Shown: positions 1-10,200 of the stretch, piece after piece
How positions within the stretch are numbered: the first letter of the stretch is position 1
Layout of the letters: each line of letters starts with the position of its first letter
NCBI GenBank assembly: GCA_002269645.1
Contig: NIVC01002610.1
Location: 48,167 to 112,166 of the forward strand
Direction: 5' to 3'
DNA from: Macrostomum lignano
Taxonomy: Eukaryota
DNA: 64,000 nt
Program-made: the position numbers and the translations under genes
The notes under the pieces: model-generated
What the model saw: only the letters and a program-made list of their open reading frames with translations
Told to the model about the DNA's origin: nothing
Database searches by the model: none

Positions 1-1158
1 GTACGTCTAAAAACTACGCCTAAATCGGACAATACGCCCTTGAGGTTGGAAGAAGGCAGAATGCCTGTACTGGGCACTGGGCAGCACGCTCTTGGGGAAG
101 AGAGAGAGAGAGAGACAACACGCCTCTATTGAACAGCACTGTTGTACCTTGGGAGAAAGAGGCAAAATCTTCCCAAGTAAGTGATAATGACAAATATGCT
201 ATTTTTAGAACAAAAATATCAGACACTCGGATCGAGGCAAGTATTAGGCAAGAGCCCAGGAGCAAGAAGTTGGTCTTTCACTTGTGTTTTTCGTCGGTAT
301 ATTTAATAAGAAAATGAAGATGGCGGTTTCTTTAAAACAAACTACAGTATTTATACGTGTCTTTTAAATACAATAGGTGCAAAATATCAGTTTTTATCAG
401 TGCGCTAATAAAATATGGTTAGAAAAATTATTTCATTTTTTCAAGTTTCAAATTTCAAATTTTTTCAAGGAGATAGAAAATAATGCTAACCACCTATATA
501 ATCGCCTAATCACCTAGTAACCATAGTAATCACCAGAGATCCATAGCCACTCTAAGGACCTCCATGACAAACATGTACTTTTAAATTTCACCGACGCTTA
601 GCCGACGTATAATGACGTTATCTGTCGATGTAACGTAGAGTGCATATTTTATACTCTCGGATTGTATACAGTCTAGTCGGATTGCTGTACCGGTATAATG
701 AAATTGGGGATGTTGCCTCGCAAAGTAGCGGCCTAACTAATTCAGAACAAATATCACGTATGATCATAGCTATTGGTTTTACTCGTACCGCATTTCACAC
801 TCGCACTCGTAAAATATAGTTTCACATTTATACGTACAGAAACACCGCTTTTAAGGCTTTGAACTTTCCTTAACAAGGTCCACCAAACTTTTGTGGTTTT
901 TAATCCGATTCTTCTTATTTTTCTTCCTAGATGTCTGGCTCTCTGACCCTCTTGGTAATCTCCAAATTTGACAAGAGCAAATCTAATAATTTGTTATTAG
1001 AAATGAGAGCATTTCTCTAAGCACTACGATCGTAGCATAGAACTCAATTATAAGTACTCGTAATCGACCAGTTCCTGAAAAATCTCAGCACATGAGACTG
1101 TCTAAGTGCTTATAATTAATCCGTGCTAAGTACTTTGAGCTTAATTCGAAATTGCAGA

Positions 1159-4100
1159 ATGGGCAATACTGGAAGCAAACTGAGCAACAATACTGATGAG
1201 CATTGGAGCGTAGCTGCAAAATACAAAGTCGTTGGATGGAGCGCTGGCGATGGCATCATTCATGTGGGCCCTTGGGAATCAACACATTATGACTATAAGG
1301 GTTTTCCTGTTAACATCTATTTTAAACACAAGACGCATAGTTTGTCAGATACGGTTAGTGACTCAGATATGAAATCATGGTGCTACGGTTTCACAAACAT
1401 GGAATGGAAACTGCATTCACCATCAGAAGGCGTCATCCATCTGGAATATAATGGAGGATATGTTGCAAACTACAAATACGAAACCAGATCGATGTTCGCC
1501 GCGAGAATGCGCAGAGAAAAAGAGCAGAGAATGCAAGGGGCGCTGGAGCAGCTGAAGCAGGGCGACAGGGAGCAGGCACTTTTTGATCAAAATAGGGCGG
1601 AGCAGCAGAAGGCTAAACAAAGTGCGATGCAAACTGAAAACAGACAGAAGTGGGAAATTTTGAATGCTGAGCGACACAGAGCTTTGGTGAACTTCAACCA
1701 TAAAACCAATGATTTCAGCAGAAGATGCGAGGCGACGAGGCAAGAGAGATTGGCCAAATACGAGGCGAGTAAAAAGCAAACCGAAACAGATCGAGCAGAA
1801 CACTTTGCCAGATTGCAGAAGCAAGCAAGAGACAGAACAGAATGCGAACAGCTATCTTTGGCTGATGAACAGGAGCAGGCAAATGCTATTCGCAAACAGA
1901 GACTTGAAGATTTTCAGCGTCAAAAAGTGAGAATCGCTTCAGAAACTAGCGAAAAAATTAGCAGTCTTTACAAGGAAGCTCAGGAAACCAGAGCTCGTTT
2001 GAGAGCTCAGTTTGAAGAGAGAAAAAGTACTTTTCAGGAACAGATGGAGCAAAAGAAAGCGCAGATGCAGCAGCAAAGCTCGGAGATGCAGGAGAGGCTG
2101 CAGTTGCAGCACAGGCAGTTGGAAATTGGCAAAGAAGAACTTTACCGCGAGTTGGTTGACAGGGAGGCTGAAATTGCCCGAAAAATAGAAGAGCAGCGGC
2201 GGCATCGAGCGGAGAAGCAACGGGAGTCTGAGAACCTGAAGAAAACAGAGCAGTTCAAGCGACAAATATTGATAGAGCTGGAGAGAGAGAGAGCCAAAGC
2301 TATGCGCAGACAATTTAAGAGTGTTAGCTACTCTATTCAGCACGTCCGTGGGAAGAGCGCCCAAGGCTATTCTAATCCTGAAGTAAGCGAAGCATCCGAA
2401 GTGATGCTCAGAGACCAGTTTGAAGAAAATGTTGAAGGTGCTTTGATGAAAGTTCTAGCCAGTCTGTCCAATGCTATCGAGGATGATTCCAATCAGGAAC
2501 TGTCAGTAGCAGCTAATGTCAAAACAATTTCTGCAAAGGACGCTTTAGATTTATTTAACCGTGTCTGGAAATCAGAAGGTCATCCGTTCGGAAATGATCC
2601 AACATCTAGCCAGTTGTCTCTTCTACAACTATTGGATGAAAAATTCGCTCAACAGTGTTTAGATGCGGCTAATAAAGTCTTCCGAGAGATCTGCTTTCCA
2701 AATTTAGAACTCGACATAGTCAGCTATGGTCTGCTGGTTTTTGTCCTGCACAGCGAAAAATCCAACGATATCAAGCACGAACAAGACTTCAGTGCTCTCC
2801 GTCAGCAACTCAGCGACACAAGAATTGCACTGGCGCATATGAGAAAGCTCACTAGTGAAACAGCGCACAATGAACCCAGTCCTGTCACTGAAAGGCTGCT
2901 CCAGCTGCTAGTTGTGGCTGAAGATGTTATTCGACTTTGGCCGATTCAACAAGACCCTGCTGCTGGTTTAAAGAGGCTCAGAGTCGTACTGGCAACGATG
3001 CTGAGGCATGCTGGTGTGTCGCAGTATTTGGATGAAAAATCCAACACTGAATGTGTCGTAGAGCTCATAACATCAATGCAGCATTGGGACCCTGTTAGCA
3101 TGCTCAAGCTGATGGAATTTATACATACGAGTAGCACCGAGCCCGATCAAGTGAGAGAATTCGTGAAGATGATGGTGTTGAGCCGCGGCGACCCCAGATC
3201 TCTTTCGAGTCCTCGCGAGGCGATTACGGAAACTTATATTGCGAGCCTAAAAAAAGCTCAAGCATCACAGAAAACACTTGACCAGCTTCTCGATGAGCTG
3301 AAGAAGACAGGGCAGTTCGACGAGGGTCAACTTTCAGAACTTGCTGACGTAGTAAGAAAAGTTTTCACATATTTTGATTCGTCTGGGCTCGATAAAGCAT
3401 TGCAGAAACTGAAAATATGGGAACGTGGTAAGGAATCGCCACTGCACAAAATTCTGATTGATCTCTGTAAGGCAGTGCTGAAATGCAAGGGATATCTCCC
3501 AAGACATACACAAGTATTCAGTACTGCGGCCCTCCTAAACGCTTTTAAAAACAAAGCAAGTGGGCAAGTATTACAGATCCTGACTGGTGAAGGAAAATCC
3601 TGCATTGTTGCAATGTCTGCTGTAGGATTGGTGCGTCTTGGACAGAAATCTGTTGATGTCGTGGCTCCGTCAGAAGTTTTGGCTGCGAGAGACTGTAAGG
3701 AATGGAAAGATTTCTATAAAATATGCCATGTTTCAGTTGACTGCAACATTGAGCATGAAGATCCCAAAAAGTGCTATGAATCGTGCATAGTGTATGGCAC
3801 AGTCTCTTCTTTCGCGGGCGACACATTGCGGCATGAGTTCCAGTTCAAAGACATCCGCGGCTCACGAGGCTTTGATTCAATAATCGTGGATGAAGTTGAC
3901 TCTCTGCTGCTGGACCAAGGTGTGCAGCTGACGTATCTGGCTCAGGACGCAGGTGACATGAAAATGCTGGATCCAATTTTCGCTACTATCTTTAGAGCCA
4001 CTCTGGGCTGCCACGTTCTCAACACAGCGCACGGAGGTGAGATGGTGGCAGAGCAACAAATGACTTTTCTCTACCTCATAAAAGAGTTCTTCTCGTATGA

Positions 4101-7100
4101 TGAAGAGTTCAGCACTTTGGTCGAGCAACTTGATCTCAAGCAGTTAATTAGTTCAGAGGAGAAACAGAGCTTCTTGGCTCAAAATGCCGAACCAGTCGAT
4201 TTGTCAAACTTTGATATTAAAAGGACGATTCAGGTTCTTGAAGTTTCTGGAGAATTTTTGCAAAATTTTCCATCGTATACAATTTATACATTTAGAAATG
4301 CTGAAATCGAACCAGTGCGGCTTTGCCAAGATAGCTCATTTGATTTTTTAGTCCAAGATGGTGGAGTCTGCAATTTGCTTTTTGAAAATATCGATGACTT
4401 CAAAACGCGAAAGAAGGCCGATATCTTGTCGAGAATAGACTACAGTACAACAATACTGGACCCTAAAGACGACGCCAAAAAGAAACAGAATGAAGAGGCC
4501 CAGCTGCCCATTCCATCGCATTTAAAGCAGTTCATAGATGACATGCTGGATGTCTGGATCAACAGTGCCCTCACTGCAGGAGCTCTGCAACCCGGTAGAG
4601 ACTACCTGCTTCAGGGTGGAGACGCTGTTCCAGTAGACTACAAGCACACAGGAGTGGTGCAGGAGAACATGAGATGGAGCGATGGGCTGCAGCAGTTTCT
4701 GCAGTTAAAACACAGTCTGCAAATGCGGCCTCTAGGATTGGAAACAAACTTCCTGTCAAACTTGGCCTTCTTCCGTCGATATGGCAAATCTGTGTTCGGT
4801 GTATCTGGAACTCTCGGAGAAGAGCATGAGAAAAATTTCATGCGGGAAACTTACAAAGTGCAACTGAACTACATTCCTCCGTACAGGGAGCGCCGGCTTG
4901 TGGAGAACCCGGGCATTGTGACAGAAACCAAGTCAGAGTGCATCACGAAAATTTGCCAGCTAGTTACACAGGAGAGAAATCGGCCCAGCTTGATCGTGTG
5001 CGAGGATATCAACAGTGCCGACCTCATTTTCGAAGAGGTAACTCGCCGTTGTCACGGAGTTAAGACTAAAAAGTACGTCAAGAATGAGGACACAAAAGAT
5101 GAACTTCAGGTGGGTCCCGGTGATGTTATTGTGGCCACGAATCTGGCAGGCAGGGGCACGGATGTGAAAGTGAGTGACGACGCGGAGACAGCGGGAGGTC
5201 TGCACGTTCTCGTCACATTCCTGCCTCTGAATCAGCGAGTTGAGGAGCAAGTGTTCGGCCGCAGTGGTCGCAAGGGCCAGCGGGGTTCAGCGACTTTGCT
5301 GCTAAGCAGAGAGGGCCTCAGTGCCTGCTTTTCAGACTGTGACTCTGTCGAAGAAATGAAGCAGGTGAGACGAGAGGCCAGCTTGCAGGAACTGAAGAAT
5401 CATGAGGAGTTCGCGCTGCCGGAAGTTGAGTTCAAGGAGAATCTTTTCAAGTGTATCAGTCATTTGCTATCGGAGTATTATCATCAGATAAAGAAACCTC
5501 CCAGCTCTGGTACAGAGCTAGAAAAGCGTTGGTCAGAGACGGACCTAAAATTAAAAATGGATTATTTAAAAGAGATTTGGGGCATGCATCTCAAAAAGAC
5601 ACTCTGTCACATTACTGATTTCAGTATAGAGAGAACAGCTCAGTGCATTGGAGAAGTTGAGAAAATGTTCCAGGAAGCAAAATCTAATGTCGAATCCGAG
5701 TGTTCATTGAGTCCTTTTCAAGCACTGAAGTTCGCAGAGAAAAGTGTAAGGCACGAAGATTTCGAGCGGGCCATTGATCTTTACACAAAAGCTATAAATA
5801 TGAACAGCTCATGGTCGTCTATCGCGTACTACAACAGAGCATACGCAAAAATAATGAAAGGCAACTGTGATATCAGAGAAGTGATGGACGACTTGAAAGA
5901 CGCAAAAGCTCGGATTGCAGAAACTTGGCTGGCCCATGCCACGTGGACGCAGCTGTACTCTGGCGCAAGAATCCAGCAGGAAAACGCAAGCGATAATGAC
6001 TGTGAGGAGGCTAAGAAGAAAACACCCAAAGACCAAGCGAATAAACAAGTTAAGGAAGAAGCCAGCCAAGATGTTCGAAGTGAAGCTGCAAACCCTCAGT
6101 TCCGTCAGTGCGTGGCTCGAATAAGGATAATCAGCAATTATAAAACCCAAATAGAAAAATGCCTGGAAAATCTGGAAGAGCACAGAAGAGCTGGTGATAA
6201 AATCATTGCTGTCAGCACTTGCATTAAGGAGATTGAGAAGGAGCCAGACAGCATTACACTTGACGAGCTCAAGTCACTGTACCATCTGGGTCATGTAAGA
6301 TTTTTTGATGTACAAAAGAAGCCTTCATATACATTAGCGATTGCTGTGGCGATTTTCGGTGCTTTTGAGATTGCACTTGGCAGCGCGCTGTGCTACTGTG
6401 GTCAGGTGAATGTCGGAAATTATTTTATCAATGAAGGCATTAATGATATAATGGCAGGTGTGATGGGAATGATTCAGGGTGATTTTAATTTAAAAGCCTG
6501 GCTAAAAAATAAAGCCATCAATATTGGTGTCAGCCTACTGACTTTTGGATTTAGAAAAGTTGCTAACTATCTTAAGTCTTCGGGAAAATTCGCATCTGTT
6601 GCGCAAAAAGTTAACTCAGCTGGGAGTACATTTTACACTAAAGCCGCATCAGTACTGAACAAAGTGATTGGACAAAACGCTGTTAAGTTTATTAAGACCA
6701 TAATGAGCAATCCAATTGTACAGAAAGTGACCGATTACGCGATAAGTGTAGCTCAAAGGAAACTGCTCGATCAGTTAATTGAAAAGTTAAAGCAGGACGT
6801 CCAAAGCGACGTTAAAGAGAAGTGCGCCTCTGAGGCTGAAAGCGGAAAACTTCATGACATTGTTCTCCGACTGACTGCTCCTCTCTGCTTAGTAAAGGAC
6901 CAGGAGACGAGTAAAATCGATTTATATGATTTTTCCACTCTAACTGATTCTCAAACCAAAATCATTTTACAGGCTCTTACCGCTATAGCACACGAAGCAA
7001 CAGATGAATTAATGTCTGATGTAAAAAATACGGCCAAAGTAATTGAAGCAATTAATTCACGATTGACTGTACTAAAAGACGAGTTCTCGCAACTCTTCAA

Positions 7101-7218
7101 AGGTATTCTGTCTTTTGTAAGACTGGCATCAGTAGCAGTGGATTCGGCAGCAATAGCAGAGCATGCAAAAACATTAAACAGCCTGGTAGGCAATACCAGG
7201 TGGACAAATTATTGCTGA
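1159..7218 (+). CDS. Large SecA-family (DEAD-like) ATPase protein: N-terminal beta-rich domain and coiled coil, SecA NBD1/NBD2, TPR, hydrophobic C-terminal segment; probably continues into the repeat ORF
   Basis: Uninterrupted ORF, first ATG at 1159 (MGNTGSK). SecA motifs appear in the correct order: QILTGEGKS (3574-3600, Walker A), VVAPSEVLAARD, IVYGTVSSFAGDTLR, IIVDEVDSLLLD (DEVD 3889-3900), RWSDGLQQ (4672), FFRRYGKSVFGVSGT, ATNLAGRGTD (5134), GGLHVLVT..QVFGRSGRKGQRG (5248). TPR-like FERAIDLYTKAINMNSSWSSIAYYNRA at about 5761-5845. Not labelled secA because the size and extra domains differ from the canonical translocase. Confidence 0.92.
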   Translation: MGNTGSKLSNNTDEHWSVAAKYKVVGWSAGDGIIHVGPWESTHYDYKGFPVNIYFKHKTHSLSDTVSDSDMKSWCYGFTNMEWKLHSPSEGVIHLEYNGGYVANYKYETRSMFAARMRREKEQRMQGALEQLKQGDREQALFDQNRAEQQKAKQSAMQTENRQKWEILNAERHRALVNFNHKTNDFSRRCEATRQERLAKYEASKKQTETDRAEHFARLQKQARDRTECEQLSLADEQEQANAIRKQRLEDFQRQKVRIASETSEKISSLYKEAQETRARLRAQFEERKSTFQEQMEQKKAQMQQQSSEMQERLQLQHRQLEIGKEELYRELVDREAEIARKIEEQRRHRAEKQRESENLKKTEQFKRQILIELERERAKAMRRQFKSVSYSIQHVRGKSAQGYSNPEVSEASEVMLRDQFEENVEGALMKVLASLSNAIEDDSNQELSVAANVKTISAKDALDLFNRVWKSEGHPFGNDPTSSQLSLLQLLDEKFAQQCLDAANKVFREICFPNLELDIVSYGLLVFVLHSEKSNDIKHEQDFSALRQQLSDTRIALAHMRKLTSETAHNEPSPVTERLLQLLVVAEDVIRLWPIQQDPAAGLKRLRVVLATMLRHAGVSQYLDEKSNTECVVELITSMQHWDPVSMLKLMEFIHTSSTEPDQVREFVKMMVLSRGDPRSLSSPREAITETYIASLKKAQASQKTLDQLLDELKKTGQFDEGQLSELADVVRKVFTYFDSSGLDKALQKLKIWERGKESPLHKILIDLCKAVLKCKGYLPRHTQVFSTAALLNAFKNKASGQVLQILTGEGKSCIVAMSAVGLVRLGQKSVDVVAPSEVLAARDCKEWKDFYKICHVSVDCNIEHEDPKKCYESCIVYGTVSSFAGDTLRHEFQFKDIRGSRGFDSIIVDEVDSLLLDQGVQLTYLAQDAGDMKMLDPIFATIFRATLGCHVLNTAHGGEMVAEQQMTFLYLIKEFFSYDEEFSTLVEQLDLKQLISSEEKQSFLAQNAEPVDLSNFDIKRTIQVLEVSGEFLQNFPSYTIYTFRNAEIEPVRLCQDSSFDFLVQDGGVCNLLFENIDDFKTRKKADILSRIDYSTTILDPKDDAKKKQNEEAQLPIPSHLKQFIDDMLDVWINSALTAGALQPGRDYLLQGGDAVPVDYKHTGVVQENMRWSDGLQQFLQLKHSLQMRPLGLETNFLSNLAFFRRYGKSVFGVSGTLGEEHEKNFMRETYKVQLNYIPPYRERRLVENPGIVTETKSECITKICQLVTQERNRPSLIVCEDINSADLIFEEVTRRCHGVKTKKYVKNEDTKDELQVGPGDVIVATNLAGRGTDVKVSDDAETAGGLHVLVTFLPLNQRVEEQVFGRSGRKGQRGSATLLLSREGLSACFSDCDSVEEMKQVRREASLQELKNHEEFALPEVEFKENLFKCISHLLSEYYHQIKKPPSSGTELEKRWSETDLKLKMDYLKEIWGMHLKKTLCHITDFSIERTAQCIGEVEKMFQEAKSNVESECSLSPFQALKFAEKSVRHEDFERAIDLYTKAINMNSSWSSIAYYNRAYAKIMKGNCDIREVMDDLKDAKARIAETWLAHATWTQLYSGARIQQENASDNDCEEAKKKTPKDQANKQVKEEASQDVRSEAANPQFRQCVARIRIISNYKTQIEKCLENLEEHRRAGDKIIAVSTCIKEIEKEPDSITLDELKSLYHLGHVRFFDVQKKPSYTLAIAVAIFGAFEIALGSALCYCGQVNVGNYFINEGINDIMAGVMGMIQGDFNLKAWLKNKAINIGVSLLTFGFRKVANYLKSSGKFASVAQKVNSAGSTFYTKAASVLNKVIGQNAVKFIKTIMSNPIVQKVTDYAISVAQRKLLDQLIEKLKQDVQSDVKEKCASEAESGKLHDIVLRLTAPLCLVKDQETSKIDLYDFSTLTDSQTKIILQALTAIAHEATDELMSDVKNTAKVIEAINSRLTVLKDEFSQLFKGILSFVRLASVAVDSAAIAEHAKTLNSLVGNTRWTNYC

Positions 7219-7247
7219 AGAGACAATGGAAAATAAAATTTGACCAG

Positions 7248-10200
7248 ACCATTGACATCCGAAGCGAAAAGCTGCAGAGAAAAGAATGCATCAAACCACT
7301 CTGTAAAGCTACTGGAAAAGAGCTGGAGCAGCGCATCATTGAATGCGTCATTGTAATACTGGAAGAGCACATCCGTAAAAACCTAGATGGCATTGTGGAA
7401 AACAGCATTGAACAAGCAAAAAAATTCATTGGAAAAACATTTAAAACCGCACATAAAGAAAATACAGCTAATAAAAAGATACCATCCATCAAAAATAAAA
7501 ATATTGAAGAATCCGAAAAAGCCGGAATAAAGAAATTCATGAAGAAGACTAAAGTCACTGCTACAGACTCCGGTGTGGAGCTAGCTAATGCAGACACAAA
7601 ACTAGCGGTCAGGACTGGCGACTCTGGAGTGAGTGTGGCCGTTCAGCACAAAGACATCGCTCTCGGCGTGTCTCACGGATCGGACGGTTCTACAGAAGTG
7701 GCCGCGAGCAAGGGCGACAGCAAACTAGCGGTCAAGGCTGGCGACTCTGGAGTGAGTGTGGCCGTTCAGCACAAAGACATCGCTCTCGGCGTGTCTCACG
7801 GATCGGACGGTTCTACAGAAGTGGCCGCGAGCAAGGGCGACAGCAAACTAGCGGTCAAGGCTGGCGACTCTGGAGTGAGTGTGGCCGCTCAGCACAAAGA
7901 CATCGCTCTCGGCGTGTCTCACGGATCGGACAGTTCTACAGAAGTGGCCGCGAGCAAGGGCGACAGCAAACTAGCGGTCAAGGCTGGCGACTCTGGAGTG
8001 AGTGTGGCCGCTCAGCACAAAGACATCGCTCTCGGCGTGTCTCACGGATCGGACGGTTCTACAGAAGTGGCCGCGAGCAAGGGCGACAGCAAACTAGCGG
8101 TCAAGGCTGGCGACTCTGGAGTGAGTGTGGCCGCTCAGCACAAAGACATCGCTCTCGGCGTGTCTCACGGATCGGACGGTTCTACAGAAGTGGCCGCGAG
8201 CAAAAGCGACAGCAAACTAGCGGTCAAGGCTGGCGACTCTGGAGTGAGTGTGGCCGCTCAGCACAAAGACATCGCTCTCGGCGTGTCTCACGGATCGGAC
8301 AGTTCTACAGAAGTGGCCGCGAGCAAGGGCGACAGCAAACTAGCGGTCAAGGCTGGCGACTCTGGAGTGAGTGTGGCCGCTCAGCACAAAGACATCGCTC
8401 TCGGCGTGTCTCACGGATCGGACAGTTCTACAGAAGTGGCCGCGAGCAAGGGCGACAGCAAACTAGCGGTCAAGGCTGGCGACTCTGGAGTGAGTGTGGC
8501 CGCTCAGCACAAAGACATCGCTCTCGGCGTGTCTCACGGATCGGACAGTTCTACAGAAGTGGCCGCGAGCAAGGGCGACAGCAAACTAGCGGTCAAGGCT
8601 GGCGACTCTGGAGTGAGTGTGGCCGCTCAGCACAAAGACATCGCTCTCGGCGTGTCTCACGGATCGGACAGTTCTACAGAAGTGGCCGCGAGCAAGGGCG
8701 ACAGCAAACTAGCGGTCAAGGCTGGCGACTCTGGAGTGAGTGTGGCCGCTCAGCACAAAGACATCGCTCTCGGTGTGTCTCACGGATCGGACAGTTCTAC
8801 AGAAGTGGCCGCGAGCAAGGGCGACAGCAAACTAGCGGTCAAGGCTGGCGACTCTGGAGTGAGTGTGGCCGCTCAGCACAAAGACATGGCTCTCGGCGTG
8901 TCTCACGGATCGGACAGTTCTACAGAAGTGGCCGCGAGCAAGGGCGACAGCAAACTAGCGGTCAAGGCTGGCGACTCTGGAGTGAGTGTGGCCGCTCAGC
9001 ACAAAGACATCGCTCTCGCGTGTCTCACGGATCGGACAGTTCTACAGAAGTGGCCGCGAGCAAGGGCGACAGCAAACTAGCGGTCAAGGCTGGCGACTCT
9101 GGAGTGAGTGTGGCCGCTCAGCACAAAGACATCGCTCTCGGCGTGTCTCACGGATCGGACAGTTCTACAGAAGTGGCCGCGAGCAAGGGCGACAGCAAAC
9201 TAGCGGTCAAGGCTGGCGACTCTGGAGTGAGTGTGGCCGCTCAGCACAAAGACATCGCTCTCGGCGTGTCTCACGGATCGGACGGTTCTACAGAAGTGGC
9301 CGCGAGCAAGGGCGACAGCAAACTAGCGGTCAAGGCTGGCGACTCTGGAGTGAGTGTGGCCGCTCAGCACAAAGACATCGCTCTCGGCGTGTCTCACGGA
9401 TCGGACGGTTCTACAGAAGTGGCCGCGAGCAAGCGACAGCAAACTAGCGGTCAAGGCTGGCGACTCTGGAGTGAGTGTGGCCGCTCAGCACAAAGACATC
9501 GCTCTCGGCGTGTCTCACGGATCGGACGGTTCTACAGAAGTGGCCGCGAGCAAGGGCGACAGCAAACTAGCGGTCAAGGCTGGCGACTCTGGAGTGAGTG
9601 TGGCCGCTCAGCACAAAGACATCGCTCTCGGCGTGTCTCACGGATCGGACAGTTCTACAGAAGTGGCCGCGAGCAAGGGCGACAGCAAACTAGCGGTCAA
9701 GGCTGGCGACTCTGGAGTGAGTGTGGCCGCTCAGCACAAAGACATCGCTCTCGGCGTGTCTCACGGATCGGACAGTTCTACAGAAGTGGCCGCGAGCAAG
9801 GGCGACAGCAAACTAGCGGTCAAGGCTGGCGACTCTGGAGTGAGTGTGGCCGCTCAGCACAAAGACATCGCTCTCGGTGTGTCTCACGGATCGGACAGTT
9901 CTACAGAAGTGGCCGCGAGCAAGGGCGACAGCAAACTAGCGGTCAAGGCTGGCGACTCTGGAGTGAGTGTGGCCGCTCAGCACAAAGACATGGCTCTCGG
10001 CGTGTCTCACGGATCGGACAGTTCTACAGAAGTGGCCGCGAGCAAGGGCGACAGCAAACTAGCGGTCAAGGCTGGCGACTCTGGAGTGAGTGTGGCCGCT
10101 CAGCACAAAGACATCGCTCTCGGCGTGTCTCACGGATCGGACAGTTCTACAGAAGTGGCCGCGAGCAAGGGCGACAGCAAACTAGCGGTCAAGGCTGGCG

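Noticed and set aside
931-954. 24-nt mini-exon (TTCCTAG|ATG..TTG|GTAATC) as first coding exon
   Set aside because: Splicing to 1158 is out of frame with the main ORF; at most a 5' UTR exon with a uORF, and unsupported.
1123-1158. ORF-track start at GTG 1123
   Set aside because: Eukaryotic context; first ATG is 1159, just after an AG acceptor-like site (ATTGCAG).
1123-7218. Canonical bacterial secA or bacterial contamination
   Set aside because: More than twice the normal size, with a myristoylation-type start, coiled coil and TPR; no Shine-Dalgarno or operon context; flanks are AT-rich eukaryotic DNA contiguous with spliced genes. A chimeric join still needs a read check.
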